64,000 nt of DNA from Azolla caroliniana (Eukaryota > Plantae > Polypodiophyta): NCBI GenBank assembly GCA_043228905.1, contig JBHGNT010000008.1:5766001-5830000 (forward strand). The letters run 5' to 3'. Shown here one piece after another: positions 1-10,183 of this stretch. Every line of letters begins with the position of its first letter. Within the stretch, counting starts at the first letter, position 1. The notes beneath the pieces are model-generated. The model was given only the letters and a program-made list of their open reading frames with translations. It was not told where the DNA came from and did no database searches. A program made the position numbers and the translations under genes.

Positions 1-1474
1 ACCATTATGCCGTTCAGTCTAATCAATGCGCCCGCAGTCTTCCAGCACATGGCAAATGATACATTCAGAGACCTCTTGGATATCTGTTTGATCATCTATT
101 TGGATGATCTATTGATTTATTCGAAGACCCAGGAAGAGCATGATTCTCATGTACTATTAGTACTAAAACGACTCTGAGAGCATGGTCTTTATGCCAAACT
201 AGAAAAATGTAGCTTTGACTGCAAGAAAGTGGAATTTCTAGGCTACATCATCTTCTCAAAAGGCATTTGCATGGATCTACCTCAAGTCAAAACTGTGCTA
301 GAGTGGCAAACTCCACATTCCTTACGAGATGTGCAATGTTTCCTAGGCTTCGCTAACTTCTACCGCAAGTTTATACAAGATTACTCGAAGATTATTTTGC
401 CTCTCACACAGCTTACCAAGAAGGGACAGTCATTTCTTTGGTCCAATGAAGCGGACATGGCTTTTATGCATCTTAAGAAAGCCTTTACATCAGCTCCTAT
501 TCTAGCTCATGTGGATACAAACAAACCATTCATCATGGAGGCTGACGCATCGGATTTCGCCCTCGGTAGCATCCTTTCACAACAAGGAGATAAAGAAGAG
601 TTACACCTTGTGGCTTTCCACTCCGCAAATTTGATGACGCGGAAATTAACTACGAGATACATGACAAGGAGTCATTAGCCATTGTGGATTCGTTTGTGCA
701 ACGGCGGCACTTCTTAGAGGGCTCTCCTCATCAGGTCATCGTCTTAAGTGATCACAAAAATCTTGCTTATTTCTAGAACGCTCGCGTACTAAATCGACGG
801 TTGTCGAGACTCGTGGGTAGGAGATAGAGTGAGAGCGATGGCGATAGCGAAAGAGAGAGGGTGTGTGTGTGTGTGCGTGAGAGAGAGAGAGTGAGAGAGA
901 GTGAGAGAGAGTGAGAGAGATAAGACTTGAAATAGAAATGAGATTATATTATGATGAAACAAGATTACAATGAGTAGGCTAAGGGCCAAAGAGTGGTGTT
1001 GATCCGAATGAGTTGAAATGAATGTATGGACACTTATTTATAGATCTTTATGGAGTATTCTAGAATGTTCTAGAATATTTTAGATTTTTATGATAATAAA
1101 TATAATCATGAAATATTAAAGGATGTTCTAGAATAATCTAGAATGTTCTAGAATATTCTAATGTTCTAGAATAATCTAGAATGTTCTAGAATATTCTAAT
1201 GTTCTAGAATAATCTAGAATGTTCTAGAATAATCTAGAATGTTCTAGAATAATTATTTTAATTACACAACATATATGTTATTACAATGGTTAAGGGTTCA
1301 ACACATAGACCATGGTTTAGTTTCCGCCTCGCCAAAGAAGTCATGGGTTCGATTCTTGATAAGCCAAAATGTTGTCTTTAGACCTTGGCCTACTCATTTT
1401 AATCTTGTTTCATCATAATATAATCTCATTTCTATTTAAAGTCTTATCTCTCTCACTCTCTCTCTCTCACATGC

Positions 1475-3543
1475 TATCGTGATGTTTCTAACACATAGTG
1501 TGAAACCACCCTCGAAAAGAAGTAAAATAGTAGTTCAAATAAACTAGTATTGTGAAGTCAACTTTATTGGTAGAAAAAAAATACTTCTTCATTTTACAAA
1601 GATAATTCCTTATAAATAAATTGTCAAAGGATTGAACCTTACAATAAATAATGATGAATATTAAGTTAGAGGCGGTTTTCAAAAGTAGACAAAAGTAGAA
1701 AAAAAAAAACATGCGTGGATATGAGGAGCACAGTAACAAAAAAGCGCATAATTTCCTCGTCAAATGTCCAAATTAGAAAAGAAAAGATTTATAAGAAAGC
1801 TAACCCAAAGAGCTTTCCAAGAATATCTTGCATGTGAAATTTGGCACTAGAAAACAGAAATAGTGAGGAAAAGAAAAGTCAACTCATATAGACAAGCTTT
1901 TTTTTTAGGGGAAAAAGGCAAGCAATCCTAAAACTATAAATAAGAGCCTATTCTAGTGAAGAAGGGGGGGAGGGAGAAGGAATGCAGAAGCTCTACTCAA
2001 TTGGAAAGTGGAAGAAGAAGGATCAACATCAAGAGGCATCATCAGCAAAGAAACTCCTTCTATACTCCACTCTCTTCTTTCCTCCACCTCTCTTCCCCCA
2101 TTCATTTATAAACAATCCTTCATATTCGCATCCAACCCATTGTAACATGATTCTTATATTATAAAAGAATCTATTATATTGATATAAACTAATGTCTTCT
2201 TTCATCTACTTGTCTTACGTGTAAATCTTGATTGTGCTTATTTGTTATCGTCATTTGTGCTTATTTGTTTGTGTGTCTTGTGACAAGGGAGCATTTCGGG
2301 CTTGCCCATGCACCTCTCCTTTCACAAAGGCATTCAAACCTACATGTCTTATATGTTATCGTCATTTGTGCTTATTTTCTTGTGTATCTTGTGACGAGGG
2401 AGCGTTTCAGGCTTGCCCATGCACCTCTCCTTTCATAAAGGCATTCAAAATTGTGTCTCCCGTGTGTAAACCTTGCTTGTGTGTTCGTGCGACTTGTGGT
2501 AAGGGAGAGTTCGGGCTTGCCCATGCACCTCTCCTTTCACAAAGGCGTTCGAAATTGTGTCTCCCATGTGTAAACCTTGCTTGTGGGTTTGTGCGACTTG
2601 TGGCAAGGGAGCATTCGGGCTTGCCCATGCACCTCTCCTTTCACAAAGGCGTTCGAAATTGTTTCTCCCATGTGTAAACCTTGCATGTGTGTTCGTGCGA
2701 CTTGTGGCAAGGGAGGGTTCAGGCTTGCCCATGCACCTCTCCTTTCACAAAGGCGTTCGAAATTGTTTCTCCCGTGTGTAAACCTTGCTTGTGTGTTCGT
2801 GCAACTTGTGGCAAGGGAGCGTACGGGCTTGCCCATGCACCTCTCCTTTCACAAAGGCGTTCGAAATTGTTTCTCCCGTGTGTAAACCTTGCTTGTGTGT
2901 TCGTGCAAATTGTGGCAAGGGAGCGTTCAGGCTTGCCCATGCACCTCTCCTTTCACAAAGGCGTTCGAAATTGTTTCTCCCGTGTGTAAACCTTGCTTGT
3001 GTGTTCGTGCGACTTGTGGCAAGGGAGCATTCGGGCTTGCCCATGCACCTCTCCTTTCACAAAGGCGTTCGAAATTGTTTCTCCCGTGTGGAAACCTTGC
3101 TTGTGTGTTCATGCGACTTGTGGCAAGGGAGCGTTCGGGCCTGCCCATGCACCTCTCCTTTCACAAAGGCATTCGAATATGTGTCTCCTGTGTATAAACC
3201 TTGCATGTGTATTCGCGTGTTTTGTAACAAGGGAGCGTTCGGGCTTGCCCATGAACCTCTCTTTTCACAAAGGCATTCAAAACTCTATCTCTCGTGTGTG
3301 TAAGTAAGCCTTTTCCTTGTGTGTCTGTGTGTAAGCCTTCCTCACGTGCCTTCGTTCGCCTTGTGACTAGGGGTTGATTCAGGCTTGCCCATGCACCTCT
3401 CCTTTTTACAAACACGTTTGAATACTCGTGCCTTGTTTGTGTAAGCCTTCTTCGTGTTGTGCGTGTAAGCCCTATTTCCTTCCCGTCCATAACCCCGGCG
3501 GTTCCGCCTCACGATCCGCACATAGTGACAGATTTTCACGACA
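1475..3543 (+). mobile_element. ~2.07-kb solo LTR nested in the rearranged LTR
   Basis: Termini TATCGTGA / TCACGACA (inverted, one mismatch); 4-bp TSD ATGC (1471-1474) / ACGC (3544-3547); TATA-like CTATAAAATA near 1934; the host inverted segment is contiguous across it. Confidence 0.75.
2232..3425 (+). repeat. Tandem array, 11 copies of a 104-bp unit (edge units 111 and 139 bp)
   Basis: Core GGCTTGCCCATGCACCTCTCCTTTCACAAAGGC recurs near 2299, 2410, 2514, 2618, 2722, 2826, 2930, 3034, 3138, 3242 and 3382. Confidence 0.97.
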
Positions 3544-5580
3544 ACGCGCACACACACACCCTCTCTCTTTCGCTATCGCTCTCACTCTCACTCTATCTCC
3601 TAACCACGAGTCTCGACAGTTTGAACCGAATGAGTTGAAATGAATGTATGGACACTTATTTATAGATCCTTATGGAGTATTCTAGAATGTTCTAGAATAT
3701 TTTAGATTTTTATGATAATAAATATAATCATGAAATATTAAAGGATGTTAAAGGATGTTCTAGAATATTCTAATATCTCGTAATAACTAAAAATATAATT
3801 ATTATAATTACACAACATATATGTTATTACAATGGTTAAGGGTTCAACACACAGACCAAGAAGTCGTGGGTTCGATTCTTGATAAGCCAAAATGTTGTCT
3901 TCATGACAACGGCAAGCTCGGTGGGCCCAATTCTTCACGCATTCTGACTTCAAAATCACATATCGGTTAGGGAAGCAACAAGGAAAAGCAGATGCACTAT
4001 CTCGAAGCTCATATCTTGCACCTCGTCCTGGTGATCCAACATTTGATAATCAAAAGCAGGTAATCTTGGAACCAACATGGTTTGCACACAACGCGGATTT
4101 TTCACACTCCACTAGATTCCCGTATTATCGATGCCATACGTGCCAATTTGAAGACGGATAGTTTTGCTCAATCCATTCTAGCGCAAATTTATGACTCTCG
4201 GGCATCCTGTTCCCAGTCTCAACAACCAGGTATGGACTACTGACAATTCGAATATCATGATGGTTTATTATTCTTTAAAAAGCTCGTGTATGTTCCCAAT
4301 TGCTCCTGTCACCTTCAAATCGTCCAAAATTGTCACGACAACCATACAACTAGACATTTTTGTAGTACTAAGATGTTGGATCTAGTCTGACGATCTTTTT
4401 GGTGGCCCCATATGCAACATTTTGGCGACGACTACGTTCAGACCTATGATGCTTGTTGCCAAGCAAAGATGTCATGACATCATCCATATGGCTTGTTGGA
4501 ATCCTTACCAATACCAAGTAAGCCGTGGCAATCCATTTTTCTTGATTTTATCACAGATCTTCCAGTCTCGAAGGGCTTCGATGCTATCTTAATCGTTGTT
4601 GACCGATATACTAAGATGGCACATTTTGTGCCTTATACTAAGGCCATCACTAATGAGGAAACCGCTGCCCTTGTCATGCGTGAGTTTTTTGGCATCATGG
4701 CCTCCCAGACAGTATCATCAGTGACCGAGGACCTCAATTCGTCTCCAAATTTTGGAAGCATCTCTTCAAGATGCTCAAGGTCTCTTGCAACCTCTCCTTC
4801 GGCTATCATCCCCAAACTGATGGGCAAGTAGAACGAACAAACCAAACGCTGGAACAAATATCTTTGGTGTTTTCTGAGTTATCAACAGGACGATTGGGCT
4901 AATGTTCTCCACTTTGCTGAGTTTCCTTATAATAACGCTATTCACTCCTCTACTCGATTCTCTCCATTTTACGCTTATACCGGTTCTCATCCTCGCTTGT
5001 CTGTGATCGAAACTCCGGAGCTACCTACCAATCCTCGTGCCGAGGATCATTTGGAGAGGCTACACAAGATTCAGACGGATCTATCTACTCATCTTCGTCA
5101 TGCTCAACACACACAGAAGACTTATGCAGATCATCATCAGCTTCCCTCCTCTTTTTCCATCAGAGATCGAGTATGGCTCTTACGTCGTCACATCAAGACT
5201 ACTTGACCATGCGACAAATTGGATTATCGACGACTCGGTCCTTTCCATATTACCGGCAAGATTAATGATGTCACGTTCCGCCTTGATCTTCCTCCGCGCC
5301 TTCAGATACATCTAGTCTTCCAAAGTTCTCTTCTCGAACCTTATCAAGCCAAAAATATTCCCGATCGTGTTACACCATCATTGCCCCCGCTGGAGTTGGA
5401 CGTTGGCCTAAAGTATGAAGTTGTTGGCGTCCTCGACTCCAAGTTTGTTCGCAACAACTTTATTAGTTGGTCGATTGGCTTGGCTATAGTCGAAGCAAAC
5501 GTACTTGGGAACCCGTCGAACATGTCGCCAATGCCCAGGATCTTCTTGTTGATTTCCACCGATAGTATCCGGACAAACCT

Positions 5581-6007
5581 TGTTGATATGGCAACACTCA
5601 AACCCATAACCTTATGTTATATGGGTCGAGCTCTTGACCATTACATTATCTATTGTAATACATAGGATATTATTTTCATTTAACTTTTACTATAGAAAAT
5701 TATTGTATATTCCAGATTTCTCTGGAACATTCTAGAAGCTTTAGGACTATTCCTGAGAACACTATAAAAAGAGGCACAAGGCATTATTTTGAACCAAATT
5801 GGTTCAACGCCAGTCTTAAGCATCATAGCTATTTTGTATTTACTCTTCACATAATATATCATCTGTTATCATCATCCTCTCTCTCTCTCTCTCGCCCCTT
5901 TTCTCTCTTCCTCTCTCATGAGTCTTACGCAGTCAGTCCTCTTAGTACTAATAGTACATCCCTTCTCTATTACTGATTCTCTCTCTATTTTAGTACTATT
6001 CCTGACA
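5581..6007 (+). mobile_element. 3' LTR of the chromovirus (PPT and first bases apparently deleted)
   Basis: Homologous to the LTR at 52130-52310 (GATATGGCAA.ACTC.AACCCAT.ACCTTATGTTA); TATA ACTATAAAAA at 5761; ends CCTGACA; directly follows the chromodomain end YPDKP. Confidence 0.8.
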
Positions 6008-6415
6008 ACTCTCTCCTTGTTCCGATACCGGGAAGTCCTTGTGTGCCAGCTTCGGCACTACTTTGTTCAATCCTTTGATATAACTCCAATAACCGTGCCC
6101 CAGGAGGTACTAGTGCATCTTGTATGACCAAGATGCATAGTTGTTCCTATCAAGCTTCTTAGTCAGAGGCGAGCTTGCTATCCCTCTATCCATATCTTGT
6201 TTCTGTCTTATCAGGTGTTAGGTTTGGGTTTCTCTTTGACGATTCGATTGTCTGCAACAGAGAATTCTCAACCCTCGCACTCTGATACCATGTGAAAGTT
6301 AAATGCGTGGAAGCTTAGACAAACCGGCTCAGTCGGATAGCAACAGATAATAGAACTAAGGTTTAATGGATAGCTTGAATTATACACACAGAGTATGTAG
6401 GAGAGACAGAGAACG
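6008..6415 (-). mobile_element. 5' fragment of a Ty1/Copia element (LTR end, PBS, gag start)
   Basis: Minus-strand PBS TGGTATCAGAG (6280-6290); gag MDRGIASSPLTKKLDRNNYASWSYKMH; 6291-6415 is the reverse complement of the LTR 3' end at 58090-58215. Confidence 0.88.
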
Positions 6416-9400
6416 ATTTTCTATTCTATTTCTTCCATTGTGCATTTGGATCTCGGTTGTGGCCGAGAACGATTCCTCACAAACTAGTATCAGAGCGAAG
6501 TTCTAAACTTCAAACAAAACGAACTAAAATGGAAGATTCATTCGGAGGCATGTTCAAGCTCACCAACTCCAACTACTCAATGTGGAAGTCGAAGATCAAA
6601 GATCTCTGGCTGCCAATACAGTTCGGAGACAAAAGATGAGACAAGATTGATGCATCAACATGGGAGTTAATGCACATGAAGACAATGACATGCATTCGAT
6701 GCTTCATCGACATGAGTCTATACAACAACTTCAATGAAGAGAACAAGGCTCATGAGCTCTAGGAGAAGGTTGACATTATGTTGGAGAACAAAAATGTCGT
6801 GAATCCAATCTCAGTATTTCAAAAAATAGTGAGACTCAAGTATCAGGATGGCGCCAATATGGTAGAGTATATGAACACATTCTAGGGGTTAATAAACCAG
6901 ACTACCTCGCTCGAAGTACCTTTAGCTGACGAGGTACTAGTATTGTTGTTGGTCGGATAGCTGGGAGATGCTAGTTGTCACACTAGGCAATGTTGGACCA
7001 GAAAGGAAACACTTATCCCTAGCAAGAGTAAAATCGAACTTGTTGGATGAGGAAGCTCGTCAAAAGGACAAGGAGGCGATTTTCAACCCGAAGGCCATAG
7101 TCACGGAAAGTGACACACATAGAGGGAGAGGCCGAAACAAGAGTCCCTTGAACCAAGAGAAATTGGGGACAAGGTCAAAGTCAAGGGGGGAGACCCACGT
7201 GTTTCTAAAGTGGGAAATCGGGGCACTTCCAAAAGAATTTCCGACACTTCCAAAAGGAGAAAGGGAAAGCTGGCAATGCTAACTCGAAGAAGAGTTCGGA
7301 TAAAAAAGGCACATCGGCTATCGCGACAAGTGAGGAAGAATTGCTGCTCATAAGTGAGTAGAACGAACTGAACCTTGTCAACGAGGAATCGACATGGGTA
7401 GTTGACTTGGGTGCGTCATTCTACCTAACCCTCGACCGAAAGTGCTTCTCATCTTACAAGACGGGAGACCATGGCCTCGTAAGGATGGGAAATGAAGGTG
7501 CATGCCGAATTGTCGGCATCGGAGATGTGTGCCTAGTAACGTTGACTGGGTGTCGACTAGTGTTGAAGGATGTCCAACACGTTCTAGAGGTTCAACTGAA
7601 CCTATCAGTCGGTCGGCTGGATGACGAAGGCTACACGGGGTAGTATCCGGAACGGCATCAGGAAATTGAGCAAAGAAAGCCTTATTGTGGCCCGAGCTAA
7701 GAAGACTAGCACTCTATATTAGATGCATGCTCGGATATGTTGAGAGGAAGCGAATGTGGCAACCAACACTGTCGGTGAGTTGTGGCACACTAGGTTGTGT
7801 CAGATGAGCCAGAAGGGGATGCGAAGACTTGCCGAAGACGACCTCATTCTGGAGGTAAAGAACGTGCAACTGGAGAAGTGCACCGATTGTCTAGCAGGTA
7901 AGCAAAACAGAACCTCTTCCAGTCAAGACCACTAATGAGATGGAAGGTGCCGCTTGGACTCATGCATACCGATGTATGCTCTATGGACACGAAGTCACAT
8001 GCCAAATCACAGTACTTTGTGACCTTCATAAATGACCACAGTTGTAAGTTGTGGGTCTCCACGCTCAAGACGAAGGACCAAGTACTATCTGTTTTCAAGG
8101 AGCTTCATGCGAGAGTTGAGAGAGAAACTGGTCGGAAGCTAAAGGCGGTTCGAGTAGACAACGGAAGCGAATATCGAGGACAGTTCGAGGAGTATTGTCG
8201 ATCGAAGGGAATCCGACTCGAATACACTATGCCAAAGACGCCAGAGCTGAACAGATTGGCCAAGATGATGAACCGGACTATCATGGAGAGGGTCTGAAGT
8301 ATGCTTGCACATGCTAAGTTGTCCAAGGTGTTTTGGGTTGAGGCGCTAATGCCAACAGTGTATGCGATTAACAGATCATCCTCGGCACCCTTGGACGGAG
8401 ACGTACCACAAAGGATGTGGACTGGCAAAGAGGAGCTAACTGTGTCCATCGGAGAGAGAAATGCCTCCAGGGGATTTTCGGATGAAGAGCATGTATTGTT
8501 AACAGACAAGGGTGAACCAGAGAGCTTCGAGGAAGCAAAGAGGGACACCCACAGCCGCAAGTGGTTAAGTGCCATGTAGGATGAGATGGATTCCTTGCAT
8601 GAGAACCACACATACAAATTGACAAAGCTACCAAAAGGAACGAGGGCGCTCAGAAACAAGTGGGTATACAAGTTGAAACCGGGAGACGCTGGAAATCCAC
8701 CGAGGTACAAAGCCAGCGTTGTGGTGAAGGGTTTCCAACAAAAGAAAGGAGTGGATTTCAATGAGATATTTGCTCTGATAGTAAAGATGACATCCATTTG
8801 GACAGTGCTAAGCATAACGGTAAGCTTGGACCTCAAGATCGAACACTAGGACATCAAGAAAGCATTCCTACACAGTGACCTCAAAGAAGAGATCTACATG
8901 TAGCAGCCGAAAGGATTCATCAAAAAAAGGAATGAGAACCTGGTGTGTTGGTTGAAGAAGAGCTTATATGGACTAAAGCAAGCTCCCCGGCAATGGTACC
9001 AAAAGTTCAACTCCTTAATCACCGACCAAGGGTACCATAAGACACAGGCCAATCACTGCGTGTTTGTGAAGAAGTTTGATGGAGGAGACTTCCTAATACC
9101 TTGTTGTATGTTGACGACATGTTGATCATCGAACGGGACCATATCAAAATTGGAATGCTGAAGAAGGCTTTGAGCATGTCCTTCTCAATGAAAGATATGG
9201 GTTCGGTGAGATAGATCTTGGGGATGCACATAGGCCGGGACCGGACGAAGAAGCTATTGTGGTTGTCACAGGAGAAGTACATGACAAAGCCCGAAGAAAA
9301 AGGCAGAGAAAGTTGAGATGACGAAAGTACTGTATGCCTCAGCGGTCGGAAGCCTAATGTATAGAATGGAGTGTACCCATCCAAACATCGGATATGCAGT

Positions 9401-10183
9401 TAGAGTGGTCATCCGGTTCATGAGCAATCCGAGAAGAGAGCACTAGGTAGCGGTCAAGTGGATCCTCTAGTACCTGAAAGGCACCTCAAGCATGTGCCTC
9501 CGATTCGGCTCAAGCAAACCTCTACAGGAAGGCTTTAAAAATTCTTCGGACATGTCGGCTGATGTACATACTAGGCGGTCCACGTCCGGATACGTCATGA
9601 CTTACTCAGGGGGAGCCGTATCGTGGCAGTCGAGGCTGCAGAAACCGGTGGCACTGTTGACAATAGAAGCAGAGTACATGGCGGCTATAGAAGCCGGAAA
9701 GGAAGTAATCTGGATGAAGGACTTCATCGGAGAACTGGGAATTCAACAGGAGGAATTCCGACTCTACTGTGACATTCAAAGCGCCATCCACCTTGCAAAG
9801 AACGCGGCCTACCACTCCAGGACCAAGCACATCCAAATGAGATATCATTGGCTCTGAGAGAAGGTAGAAGATAGAGACTTTTCCCTAACGAAGATCCACA
9901 TGAAGGAGAATGGGTTAGACATGTTGACCAAGGTGTTGTCGGTTGAGAAGTTGGACATGTGCGGGGGACAGATCAGATTGACAAGACATCCTAGCCAAAG
10001 TGAAGGGAAGTTTGTTGGGAAATCAGTCCCTCCAAATGGGAACCGTATGAGTCGGATCGGATGAGTCGGAGGAGGAAACCAAGCCGGATGGATCCGGAAG
10101 GTATCCGACCAAATCCGGTGTGAACTAGAAATAGGGACATACTAGTAAATATGTTCGGATGCGCCTGTTGAGGCCATACTTGT
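6416..10183 (+). mobile_element. Degenerate Tork/Tnt1-like Ty1/Copia element (3' LTR continues at 15714-15751)
   Basis: LTR end ATTCCTCACAA and PBS-like TAGTATCAGAGC near 6485; gag MEDSFGGMFKLT; protease WVVDLGASF; integrase HTDVC, RVDNGSEY; RT NKWVYKLK, KKSLYGLKQAPRQW; RNase H SADVHTRRSTSGY, HSRTKHI; PPT GTGAAGGGAAG and LTR TGTTGGGA from 10013. Internal deletion near 8430 and many stops. Confidence 0.95.

Larger units (their letters stand above)
802..3908 (-). mobile_element. Rearranged solo LTR (TG...CA) inserted into Gypsy RNase H
   Basis: Begins TGTCGAGA and ends TCATGACA; flanked by 5-bp TSD ACGGT (797-801) / ACGGC (3909-3913); the host reading frame rejoins across it. Contains an inverted copy of its own 802-990 segment and two copies of its 1000-1378 segment. 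Confidence 0.85.
1..5580 (+). mobile_element. Degenerate Ty3/Gypsy chromovirus pol (RT-RNaseH-integrase-chromodomain), interrupted at 802-3908
   Basis: RT motifs [13 protein letters not shown] and [10 protein letters not shown]; RNase H EADASDFALG; RVLNR (about 783-800) resumes as RQARWAQF (3910-); integrase [27 protein letters not shown]; chromodomain YEVVGVLDSK...YLVDWLGY...WEP near 5415-5570. Several stops and frameshifts. Confidence 0.95.

Noticed and set aside
2228-3307. Many overlapping Cys-rich ORFs
   Set aside because: Artefacts of a 104-bp repeat (not a multiple of 3) read in rotating frames.
2232-3425. CRISPR-like array (33-nt conserved core with regular spacing)
   Set aside because: Intervening sequences are near-identical rather than unique, the context is a eukaryotic LTR, and no cas genes are present.
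2232-3425. Hammerhead ribozyme or retrozyme in the repeat unit
   Set aside because: No CUGANGA core found on either strand of the unit.
3825-3890. Functional tRNA gene
   Set aside because: No intact acceptor or anticodon stems; reported only as a tRNA-like promoter cassette.
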